Assembly (NCBI RefSeq): GCF_006345805.1
Contig: NC_042997.1
Coordinates: 157,232,001 to 157,296,000, forward strand
From: Octopus sinensis
Taxonomy: Eukaryota
Reading direction: 5' to 3'
Length of the DNA: 64,000 nucleotides
Shown here: positions 38,183 through 49,640 of the stretch, one piece after another
Numbering within the stretch: the stretch's first letter is position 1
Layout of the letters: every line of letters starts with the position of its first letter
Made by a program: the position numbers and the translations under genes
The notes under the pieces: generated by a model
What the model was told of the DNA's origin: nothing
Database searches by the model: none
Seen by the model: the letters and a program-made list of their open reading frames with translations, nothing else

Positions 38183-39457
38183 CAGGGGTTGGACAAAAAA
38201 ATGGAAACACCTAGCGTCATAGTATCGTTGATTTTTAAATATTTATAAAGACGTCAAAAGCTTGTTTATTTTTATGTTTTTTGATTTATTATTAGTGTTG
38301 CTTGATATGTTTTACTAAAATTACTGTTTCTTTTCAGATATCTTCAGAGAAATGTAATTAATATTCATTAAAAAGACAGATCTAACGGTCTCTCAAAGTG
38401 GCCAAATTGTTGGTGCTCTTATGGCAGGCGCTAGCGTAACGAAAACAGCCAAAATGTTTGGTGTATCAACAAGTACTGTCACGAAAGTAATGACAGCCTT
38501 TGAGAATGAAGGGAAAAATCTCCTCGTCGAAAGAAAACTCAGGAAGAAAACCAAAACTTTCAGATAGGGACCATCGGACTCTTACGCGAATTGTTAGAAA
38601 GGATCACAAAAGTACAGCTCCCAAAATTACTGCAGAGCTTAATGACCTCATCGAGAACCTAGTGTCCACAAAAACTGTTCGCCGGAGTTGCACAAAGCCG
38701 GATTTCACGGGAGGACTGCAATCAGAAAACCACTACTTTCAAAAACAAACGTTGGAAAACGTTTAGAGTGGAGTAAAAACCTATAGAATTGAGCTCTAGA
38801 ACAGTGGAAGAATGTTATTTTCTCGGACGAATCATCCTTTACCTTATTTCTGACCACCGGGTGAGTATACGTGTAGAGACAGCCAAAAGAAGCATTTGAC
38901 CCAGACTGCCTTATTCCAACAATTAAACATGGAGGAGGATCTGAGATCTGGGAAAGTGGCTATATCTTGGAAATCCGCCGGCCCAATGGTTTCTCTTCAT
39001 GGCAGAATTATTAATCAAGACTATTTAAGCATTTTATCTGATCTAATTCATTCTGTGTTACCGAACTGTTTCCAGGGGAAAAATACAATCTTTCAGGATG
39101 ATAATGCACCAATTCACACAGCTATAGTTGTTACTGAATGGCACGAGGAAAATTCTAGTGTAGTTGAATATCGTATCTGGCCACCACAGTCCCCAGATGT
39201 GAATATTATTGAACATTTATGGTGCATTTTATAAAAACAAGTAAGGATTCGATATCCTCCAACATCATCACTACAAGAACTGGAGACCTTTTTAGATGGA
39301 GAGTGGACAAAGATTCCTTTGGAAACAATTCAAACTTTGTACGAGTCCATACCTTGTAGAATTCAATCTGTAATTACTGCCAAACGCGGTCCTACTCCAT
39401 ATTAAAATAAATTTGTTTGAAATTTTAAGGTGTTTCCATTATTTTGTCCAAACCCTA
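38183..39457 (+). mobile_element. Full-length decayed Tc1-type DNA transposon
   Basis: TIRs caggggttggacaaaa-aatggaaacacct / aggtgtttccattattttgtccaaaccct, TA flanks, internal transposase relic. Confidence 0.95.
38373..39405 (+). pseudogene. Tc1-like transposase pseudogene (DD36E spacing)
   Basis: HTH-like GQIVGALMAGASVTKTAKMFGVS; SGRKPKLSDRD; VIFSDES; FQDDNAPIH...WPPQSPDVNIIEHLW; several stops and frameshifts. Confidence 0.9.
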
Positions 39458-39489
39458 TACATATATGTATATATATATATATATGTGTG

Positions 39490-39862
39490 CGTGTGGATGT
39501 GTATCTATGGTTCCGGGTTCAGTCCCACTGCGTGGCACCTTGGACAAGTGTTTTCTACTATAGCTGCGGATCGACCACTGCCTTGTGATTGGATTTGGCA
39601 GGTTGAAACTGAAGGAAGCCTGTCGTATATATGTATGTATATATTAAAGTGTGTTTGTATTTGTCTCCCTGCCATCGCTTAACAACCGATGCTAGTGTGT
39701 TTATGTCCCCGTAACTTAGCGGTTCGGCAAAAAGACACCGTTAGAATAAGTGCTAGTCTTATAAAAAAGAGTCCTGGGGTGGATTACTTCGACTAAAACC
39801 CTTTAGAGCGGTGCTCCAGCACGGCCGCAGTCAAGTGACTGAAGCAAGTAAAAGAATAAAAG
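39490..39862 (+). mobile_element. SINE family A copy
   Basis: ggttccgggttcagtcccactgcgtggcaccttgg...cggtgctccagcacggccgcagtcaagtgactgaagcaagtaaaag. Confidence 0.9.
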
Positions 39863-40522
39863 TGTATACACGGGGTTTGTCCAAAAGTCACCTGACAGTA
39901 AATCAAAACCCATTTAATTCCAAGATTAAAACAAAAAGTTATTAGACTTCGTTAATAAATAGACAAATGTCGGAAAAAAGAAAACGGTGATTTTAACTCA
40001 TAGCATTCAATTATTAAACATTCATAATTGGAATGAATAAATAAAATTGAATATAAAGTGTTTATGGAATATTGATTTTCTGCCTGTTGACTTGTGGCCA
40101 ATATTGACTTTTGGCCTGTTGACTTTTGTATATAACATAATATATAAATATTTGGTAGGGACACCGTATTTTGTTTTGTAACCACAACATATTTCTAAGA
40201 ATTAAATATTAACGCCTTATAAGTCAACAGTGTGTCCCATATGTATTAGCAGTACTATTCAATCACGTTTTATAGTTATTTCTACAGATTTTCTATGGAA
40301 AGTAGAGCCAGTACTATAAGCTGCGACGTTTTGCATGTGAATACGTCTATGTAAATTATGCGATCGAAGATTGTTGCTGGTCGGTAAAATCTGTTGAGAT
40401 ATTATGGCTACCGATAAATTGTCACATATTATATTTACAGATAAATTCCTCTATTTACATAATATCGAGGTTTCTTTCATTCTTTTGTTGTCTTACCATT
40501 TCTATCAATATATATATTATAT

Positions 40523-40557
<35 letters not shown>

Positions 40558-40620
40558 CTATATATATATATATATACGTATGGATGTAAGTATGTACATA
40601 TTCGTATGTATATATGTATG

Positions 40621-40670
<50 letters not shown>

Positions 40671-40708
40671 TGTATTCATACTTATATGTACATACTTACA
40701 TCCATACG

Positions 40709-40758
<50 letters not shown>

Positions 40759-40782
40759 ATATATATATATATATATATATGC

Positions 40783-41150
40783 ATATGTGAGCACTGAAAC
40801 GTGTACAACAAAAAAGCACGAAGTACAAGTACATGGAATAAGAACTATTTTTTCGAACAACAGGCTTAGCAGCCCTTCCTGCTTCTTTTCACTGTCCTGT
40901 TTGTGTTACCAATTTTGACCCTCGGCAAAATCCCAAATTTTATTTCATTTGCTTTGCGGGAGCAACTGTTTTATCGAAAGCGTATAATGTTGTTAAATGC
41001 TAGAAATACGAGAGTAGAAAAACAGCCAACAACTGATGAAGAGTTGTTTGTCTTGTTTTCCATTATTTGTGTCCTTTGCTGTTCGAAAAAATTGGTTATA
41101 TCCATGTATTTTTTTGTTGTACACGTTTCATGACGTCGTGTGCTCACATG
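40783..41150. repeat. Foldback with ~75-bp imperfect terminal inverted repeats between (TA)n tracts
   Basis: tgtgagcac-tgaaacgtgtacaacaaaaaa...ttttttcgaaca versus tgttcgaaaaaa...ttttttgttgtacacgtttca...gtgctcaca. Confidence 0.75.
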
Positions 41151-41427
41151 TATATATATATATATATATATAATCTATCTATCTATCTACACACACACAT
41201 ATATATATCTTGCGTCGGAAAAGGCGGTGTGAAGTATAACACACAACCAAAGATCAGGCTCTCTTTAGAGGGTTACAAGCTCCACTCCAATATTCAGTAT
41301 GCAACAATATTCAGTATGCAAATACTGTTGCATTTAGAAAAGGCTGGCGTGCGGAATACAAGAGGAGTAGTAGCAGTAATTACATACAAAAAATAGGTAT
41401 GGTATCCTTCAACTTGTAGAACTTATA

Positions 41428-41647
41428 CGAGGGTTTGTCGAAAAATTCCTGGCTTTGGGTAAAAGAAAACACAGTAGGATCAGCTACTAATGATTTTATT
41501 CAACATATTCTCCTTCCAGGTTCACACGCTTATTGCAGCGATCCTTTAGCTTTTCTAAGCTCTGTAAAGGAACTTGGGAGGTTGTTCTCACCACAACCAG
41601 GCCTTTCGCGATACCCTTAAAACTTGGAACTTTTTAGCACCCCTTCA
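41428..41647. mobile_element. Mariner-type MITE, diverged TIRs
   Basis: TA-cgagggtttgtcgaaaaattcctggcttt ... aaaacttggaactttttagcacccttca-TA. Confidence 0.7.
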
Positions 41648-42242
41648 TATATTTAAGCGAGGGAGAGAATGAGAAAAAGAGAGGGAGAGAAAGAAAAAGA
41701 ACGGCAGTACAGTAATCCTTCGACACTCACGGGTGTTAGGTTCCAAATCCCACTGCGATAGGTGAAGATCTGCGAGGTAGAAACAGTATTGTACTATATT
41801 TTTCTTTTTATTATTTTTATAATTTGTATATATTTATTTTATCGTAAATGGAAAACAACACCACAGAGGAATCGACGTAAGCTTAAATAATAAACCGCAA
41901 TAGACGAACTGCGATATGTGAACCACGATATGGCGAGGGATTACCGTATAGCAGTATGGTTAAGGAATTCCTTTTGTAAAGAAGAGGTTCTGGGTTCGAT
42001 CTCACTGCGCAGCATCTTAGTCGGATGTCATCATCGGTAGCCTCGGATTGATTAATATCATGCCAGTGAAAGTGGGTTGGTGGAAACTGTACGGAAGCTC
42101 ATCGAAAAGACTGTAATTTTAATTTCAGAAAAGTACTGCCTTATCACTCATTGTGTCACGTTGATTCTAGCTGCGAATTATGTTTGTCCTCTCTGCGTTT
42201 AGCCCCTTGTGGGTAGTAAAGAAATAGGTATAATTCCTTTTT

Positions 42243-42362
42243 GCTAGCTGAGTGGACTGGAGCGTCATGAAATAAAGTGTCTTGCTCAGGGACGCAATAC
42301 GCCGCCGAGAATCGAATTCAAGATCCTCAACCAAACACCCTAGCCACTAACTCCCACGCCTC
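42243..42362 (-). mobile_element. SINE family C 5' part (preceded by a young SINE-B tail at ~42180-42232)
   Basis: gctgagtggactggagc...aaagtgtcttgctcagggac...gaatcgaattc...ccactaa. Confidence 0.75.
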
Positions 42363-43364
42363 CAGAAACAAGACATAAAGGTATTTAATAAAAGATTATA
42401 GAAGTGACGAACGAAATCATGTGACGTTGCTTTTCTGATAGCCTTTGCTCATGTAGCTGAAGCAAGTAAACCCCAATCACGAAATCTGTGCTAGAGATCA
42501 TTTGATGGGCCACGGCACTCGACAAATATTATTACTCTCACTATAAATATTACTATTCTATGTTTTGATTATAAATTTAAATCTATTTAACAACAAAAAG
42601 AATTTTTGTTTCTAAAGAAAAAAATCTTATTGGCTTCTATCATCTGAACGCGAATATCAACTGTTTTATGTACATTTATGACTCGATTAAAAGGACTTGT
42701 ATCTGCTACATAAAACTTCGTTGTTTGAATTTACATATTAATAAAAGTATAAATTCAAATGTTAAATTTTTATTTAACTCGACGTTTAATACATATGTTT
42801 GCAGTCAATAGAAAGTGATGTTAATTAAGAGAGAATGACCCAACGAATTCTGCAATGTTTGACAAGCGTACCAAAGAACTTCGGAACTTGTTTTCCTTCT
42901 TTTCTGACTCTTGCAAAACGTACTATTTCTCTTCTCTATTTCTTTCATGCCTTTTTCTCACTTCATATCGCTCTTTGAACACACACACACACACACACCA
43001 CACACACACACACACGCACGCAAAGATACACATATACACACGCATAGAGGAGCGAACAAATTGTACACAAATAAGCATTTATACACGTGAACTCATAAAT
43101 ACATACGTAGACACAAACGTCCGTACACACGTAGGAAGACTGTACAAAAGAAACTCATATATACACACTGAAAGTTTGCACGAAAATGTTGGAAAACTGA
43201 CTGCACTAATCTACATTACAAACTATAGTGGGGTAAAAGAGTTGCAAGCTTAGGGTCGTAAGAAAGCAATAACTATAATAGGTTCTCAGCTATTGCAGTC
43301 TGGCGGCTATAGTAAGATGGAGTTTCAATAGAGAGATTTTTATTATTGGAATATTCACGGGTGG

Positions 43365-43774
43365 AAGGCGGCAAGCTGGCAGAACCGTTAGCACGCCGGG
43401 CGAAATGCGTAGCCGTATTTCGTCTGCCGTCACGTTCTGAGTTCAAATTCTGCCGAGGTTGATTTTGCCTTTCATCCTTTCGGGGTCGATAAATAAAGTA
43501 ACAGTTACGCACTGGGGTCGATATAATCGACTTAATCCGTTTGTCTGTCCTCTCTGTGTTTAGCACCTTGTGGGCAGTCAAGAAATACGTATTTCGTTTG
43601 CCGTTACGTTCTGAGTTCAAATTCCGCCGAGGTCGACTTTGCCTTTCATCCTTTCGGGGTCGATAAATAAAGTAACAGTTACGCACTGGGGTCGATATAA
43701 TTGACTTAATCTGTTTGTCTGTCCTTGTTTGTCCCCTCTATGCTTAGACCCTTGTGGGTAATAAAGAAACAGGT
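43365..43774 (+). mobile_element. Young SINE family B with one head and two tandem ~185-bp bodies
   Basis: Junction gaaatacGTATTtcgtttg at ~43588; 13-bp TSD atattcac(g/a)ggtg at 43351-43363 and 43775-43787. Confidence 0.92.
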
Positions 43775-44474
43775 ATATTCACAGGTGTAGTAGTTTAGAA
43801 ATGAGGCATTGAGCTTTGCTTTCAATCATTTTGTTTTGAGTTATGAATCTTGTTGCAAAGATTGAATCTTATTGTAAAGACTGAATTTTCGAATTTTTAC
43901 CACATCCTTAATAATACCATCCATTAATGCCTCCTCGCCTACTTTTGCTATATGTATAAATATGCGCAAGTGCATTGTATCTTCAAAAGAAACCAGCAAA
44001 GAAACAAACAATTTACTGTACTGTTCATTGACTAGAAATAAAAAAACAACAACCTTGTAATAGGCAAGCAAAAAAAAAAAAAAAAAACAAATACATTCTA
44101 TGCATATATTTCGTCATTCTTAATTCTTTATTTCCTTAATTTTAAATTAAAGCTCTTAATTCTACCAAATATTATGGTTATCTCCCCTGTAAAAACTGTA
44201 AGCTAGGATATTCCACGTATTTTTGCTAGAATTATTAATATTGTGTTGTTGCTGTTTTGCTTCAGTTCAGGTTTGATAGAAGAGAGGTGTTCGAACCTGG
44301 AAAATTCCATCGTTTTTCACATCGTTTTTCCTTTAGTGGTTGTTCATTGTTTTGATGAAAATTGTTCATTGCTTGAAAAATATTGTTGAAGTTTAATAAA
44401 ATTTTATATGTACTTAATACATGAAGTGTCATTGTCGGGGCCCCACGGCCTAAGGGAGAGCTTTTAGGCTAGTA

Positions 44475-44512
<38 letters not shown>

Positions 44513-44516
<4 letters not shown>

Positions 44517-44723
44517 ATCCAAACATGAAAACACAAAGAGAAAACACAACAACGAGAGGAAGTGGTACAGTATAGTGTTAATGGACGCTCAGGAAAGGAA
44601 AGAAAGAAGGGGATTTAACGTTTCGAACGGACTCTTCGTCAGAAACATAGGAAGAGAAATATCCAGGAAGGGATGACGGAGGAAAAAGTCGCCAACGATA
44701 CACATGCGGTCACATTTTGAATG
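44513..44723 (-). mobile_element. ~210-bp hammerhead-bearing repeat (family H2), second copy at 57454-57656
   Basis: Reverse complement aligns with 57454-57656; both abut (TA)n; related to H1 via gacgctcaggaaa. Confidence 0.85.
44613..44648 (-). ncRNA. Minimal type I hammerhead ribozyme motif
   Basis: guuu-CUGACGA-A-GAG-uccg-UUC-GAAAC-GUU-aaau: canonical core, 3-bp stem II, palindromic AACGUU stem III. Confidence 0.7.
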
Positions 44724-44784
44724 CGTGTGTGTATATATTATATATGCATATATATATAATATATATATGTATGTATTATGTATG

Positions 44785-44911
<127 letters not shown>

Positions 44912-44944
44912 ATATACTTTATTTTAAGCAGCAGAAAATTCAAC

Positions 44945-44992
44945 AAAATCTGTTACTCTGAGTTTCTCGTTGCCGTTCATCAGACAGTTTTT
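44945..44992 (-). ncRNA. Minimal type I hammerhead in the sense pseudo-LTR
   Basis: aaaaCUGU-CUGAUGA-A-CG-gcaa-CG-A-GAAACUC-a-GAGUA-ACAG-a-uuuu. Confidence 0.7.
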
Positions 44993-46020
44993 GCTAGAAT
45001 GGAACTTATATATTAATTCAATCTATACTCTTACAAACGCTACACCTTTAAAAGAAAATGGACTTGTTTGATTGGCCCTTTAGAAAAAACGGTCAATCTT
45101 CGAGCGATAAACAAAAAGGTCAAAAATATATGTATATATAATAAAAAAACTTATAAAATTATAAAATCCGAGGAAAAACCGAGGAAAAAACCTATTGCCG
45201 TTAATGAAGACAGTGCAAATTAATGCATAGAAATTAAACCTGTTATAAATACTGCAATACATATTTATATTAAAATCTACATATATATATCAACATACAC
45301 AAAAGGATGCGCGTAAACGCCATACATACATATACAGACGTATGAATATGAATCTAAATATACACATAAAAGCATGTGTACATATATTCACGCAAACCGT
45401 CTCGCACGCAAGCTAAAATTCATCTATGTAGCAATTCTCATATACTGAGCAAGGAGGGGGAACGAAAGAAAGGGAAAGAGAGAAAAAGGAACGAAGGAGG
45501 GGTGGGGAAAAACTTGTAACGATGTTATTGGCATCTATAGAGACCAGTATACATACACAAGTTTGAATGGATACATATACATACCGTCGTGTATATGTGT
45601 GCTTAAGCACAAGCATACTTTCACTTACACATACACAGATACGCATGCTTACAAATACATATGCTTTGCTATACACATACTTATATAAACATTCTAATTT
45701 TGACATTACTTTTTTTAAAAAAACATTGCTTTTAAAAAAATGGGTGCATTAATAAAAATATATACGAAAGACATATAAAATAAAATATAACATCCTATTT
45801 TGGGTCATTTATAAATAATCAAGGTAATATAAATAATCAAGGTAATCCTATGCAATACAATAACATGAAAACAAAGTTTGTAGGTTTTTCCTAATATATA
45901 TGTAGAAACATAAGACTTTGCTACGGATTAATATCCGCGTAGCTTGGAACAGAATCAAAATCCGTCGTAGCGCTCAAAAGTCAAAATCAAAATCAAAATC
46001 AAAAATACAAAATATATACT

Positions 46021-46797
46021 CTATCCATATGGTATATTTATATTCGACATTTTAAATTTAGCCGCGTGCCTACATAAGTTCATTAACTCACTTCTTTGAT
46101 TCAAAGAATTATTGTCTTGAATAAGATGTGCATTTTTCCTAATAGGCAAAGTCTGCACTTGAAATTATATTTGTAAGCTCCATGCCTGTATGGTGCCGCC
46201 CTGTCCAGAATGCTCCATGTCACGTTGAAGGTGGGGCTTCCTTTTCTTTTAGTTCCCAGACATATTTTGCTAGGCTGGTTTTCTTCCTATTCTCTGGGTA
46301 TTTAAAAGAATTTTTATGAGAATAAAATCTTGTTTTAAATGAATTTTCTGAAGCCCCTTTGTATGTCTTGTATTCCGATGAGCCTTCCACTTGCACCTTG
46401 GCTCTATAAACTACTCCTTTCACTAGACATTTCCCTTCTAACGGACAGGAGCTTTCGTTTTTGAAATTACATTTCTTAATGGGCTCGGCACCATGTCTAA
46501 TCTCAATTAGCTTCCTATTATGTTGGCTAATGTAAGAGGCGAAATTTCTGCAACAAGAATAGCTAACCTTCAGGGTTCTTCTATTAAATATTCTGTAGAA
46601 TTTATGACCCTGCTTAAAATGCTTAGAGACTAATCTCAAAAATTCCTTACCTATACTAGTCTTTACGGCCAAATTGAAAGCCGGGTTGAACCACAAAACT
46701 TTCCTGGTCCTAGTTCTTCGTGCAGCATTATTATTAGCATTAAGCTGGTTGAACTGGATCTTCTCCGAGAATCCACTATTCTTTAATGCGCTATCGT
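46021..46797 (-). pseudogene. PLE reverse transcriptase C-terminus, linker and GIY-YIG endonuclease (frameshifted)
   Basis: YDSALKNSGF...VLWFNPAFN...IGKEFLRLVSKHF...KVSYSC...CPLEGKCLVKGVVYRA...YKGASENSFKTRFYSHK; then WSILDRAAPY, CRLCL and LNQRSELMNLCRH in shifted frames. Confidence 0.9.
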
Positions 46798-47933
46798 AAT
46801 AATTCTTTGAATCAAAGAAGTGAGTTAATGAACTTATGTAGGCACGCGGCTAAATTTAAAATGTCGAATATAAATATACCATATGGATAGAGTATATATT
46901 TTGTATTTTTGATTTTTGATTTTGATTTTGACTTTTGAGTGCTACGACGGATTTTGATTCTGTTTCCAAGCTACGCGGATATTAATCCGTATAGCAAAGT
47001 CTTATGTTTCTACATATATATTAGGAAAAACCTACAAACTTTGTTTTCATGTTATTGTATTGCATAGGATTACCTTGATTATTTATATTACCTTGATTAT
47101 TTATAAATGACCCAAAATAGGATGTTATATTTTATTTTATATGTCTTTCGTATATATTTTTATTAATGCACCCATTTTTTTTTAAAAGCAATGTTTTTTT
47201 AAAAAAAAGTAATGTTGTCAAAATTAGAATGTTTATATAAGTATGTGTATAGCAAAGCATATGTATTTGTAAGCATGCGTATCTGTGTATGTGTAAGTGA
47301 AAGTATGCCTGTGCTTAAGCACACATATACACGACGGTATGTATATGTATCCATTCAAACTTGTGTATGTATACTGGTCTCTATAGATGCCAATAACATC
47401 GTTACAAGTTTTTTCCCCACCCCTCCTTCGTTCCTTTTTCTCTCTTTCCCTTTCTTTCGTTTCCCCTCCTTGCTCAGTATATGAGAATTGCTACATAGAT
47501 GAATTTTAGCTTGCGTGCGAGACGGTTTGCGTGAATATATGTACACATGCTTTTATGTGTATATTTAGATTTATATTCATACGTCTGTATATGTATGTAT
47601 GGCGTTTACGCGCATCCTTTTGTGTATGTTGATATATATATGTAGATTTTAATATAAATATGTATTGCAGTATTTATAACAGGTTTAATTTCTATGCATT
47701 AATTTGCACTGTCTTCATTAACGGCAATAGGTTTTTTCCTCGGTTTTTTCCTCGGATTTTATAATTTTTATAAGTTTTTTTATATATATATACATATATT
47801 TTTGACCTTTTTGTTTATCGCTCGAAGATTGACCGTTTTTTCTAAAGGGCCAATCAAACAAGTCCATTTCTTTTTAAAGGTGTAGCGTTTGTAAGAGTAT
47901 AGATTGAATTAATATACAAGTTCCATTCTAGCA

Positions 47934-47980
47934 AAAACTGTCTGATGAACGGCAACGAGAAACTCAGAGTAACAGATTTT
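47934..47980 (+). ncRNA. Minimal type I hammerhead in the inverted pseudo-LTR
   Basis: Same motif as 44945-44992; CUGAUGA at 47942-47948, GUA at 47969-47971; AATAAA at 48002. Confidence 0.7.
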
Positions 47981-48118
47981 GTTGAATTTTCTGCTGCTTA
48001 AAATAAAGCATATTACTCTACCACTGGTATTTGAGTACTCTTTTTTCCACCTTGTTTCACATTTATGTGTTTACTCCGGTGTATATATATATATATATAT
48101 ACATCTATATATATACAT

Positions 48119-48173
<55 letters not shown>

Positions 48174-48209
48174 GTATGTATGTGTGTGTATCGGTCGGCT
48201 TTTAAGCTA

Positions 48210-48263
<54 letters not shown>

Positions 48264-48634
48264 TGTCTGTGTTATTAAAACTTGCCTAGACCTACGTTTC
48301 CAATCACAAGAAACTATTAATAACTCGTATCTTTATACTGTGTAAATTAAATACTACAGACGCGTGGGCACGCGCACACACATGCACACATACCACATTT
48401 AAACATACGCACATTTAAACATACTTATTTTCTGCTGTTTATTTCAACATGCATTTTGATAAAACATATATACTGTCTTATTAATATCTTAGTCGGCTTC
48501 AACTGTCAACGTATTGGTGTAAATCTCATAGATTATTACTTTAGAGGTGTAGTGGTGATATCAGAAATATTTTCACACAGATATATACACATATCCGTAC
48601 TAAGATACAGTCTTATCTATCTATCTATCTATCA

Positions 48635-48738
<104 letters not shown>

Positions 48739-48928
48739 GTCTGTCTGTCTCTGTCTGTCTGTTTATCCGTCTTTCTGTCCGTCGGTATGTCTGTATGGGC
48801 GAATGGCTGGCTACTTATATGTATAAATATTTACAATCATACACTTATATACATACAGTTATATGGAACAAAAGCACTATATACATGCATACAGGTATTT
48901 ATAAATATATACGTATGTATTATATATA

Positions 48929-49003
<75 letters not shown>

Positions 49004-49489
49004 ACACGTTTTGGGATCACCAATATTTTATTATCTCCCATTCTTTTTACCTCTCCTGTCAAACCTTTTTTCCCAACCACTCGCCATGCTTGATCGCTAA
49101 ATCATGTTTTTTTTTATTCGCTCTGTGTTTATTTTCTCTTATTCCTTTCTGTTGAAAGATCGAGGCGTAAAATACTTTCTCACTTTCCCGAGCGTTAAAC
49201 TAATACACCTACTTGTTGTTCATACACCTATCTTCGTTTTTTGTTTTTCCGTAGATTTCAACTTTATATATATGTATGTATTTTAGGCGTTTTAGTCTTT
49301 GGACTGAAGCTTTGCTGGGGTTCCGTCTTGTGGGGTTTAGCAGTTGGTAGGAATAGAGTTTCTAAAATAGATAGAAAGATTCGAACGATTGCTTCTGTCC
49401 AATTGTAGAACGTGTCTGCATTATTTCACGTCCTCTCGAAGTTTCGAAATTAAAATGACGCCATATATATATATCCTTTAAAAAAGAGA

Positions 49490-49640
49490 ACAGAAGAAGC
49501 TACATCTCCTTGCGATGGATGCGTGAATGTAATTTGAGTCCAGGTATGGATTTTGCTATGAGTTCACAATGGGAACACTGATGATTTTGATTTTGCCTGG
49601 GATTGGGCAAATGTGTCTGCTGATTGCAGGATATAATTAT
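49490..49640 (-). pseudogene. Isolated C2H2 zinc-finger coding relic, probably the 3' end of an RTE-type LINE
   Basis: HQCSHCELIAKSIPGLKLHSRIHRKEM* has C-x2-C-x12-H-x3-H spacing immediately before a stop. Confidence 0.45.

Larger units (their letters stand above)
44912..48080 (-). mobile_element. 5'-truncated Penelope-like element with ~1.2-kb pseudo-LTRs in inverted orientation
   Basis: Arms 44912-46113 and 46798-48013 are near-identical reverse complements around a 684-bp spacer with PLE coding sequence; each arm has the ORF end and a hammerhead; (TA)n on both sides. Confidence 0.92.

Noticed and set aside
43365-43774. Tandem repeats superficially like an array or CRISPR
   Set aside because: The units are SINE bodies with no unique spacers; eukaryotic context and no cas genes
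43841-44071. 76-aa minus ORF with a good acceptor-like tract at 43981
   Set aside because: No recognisable product and only weak donors
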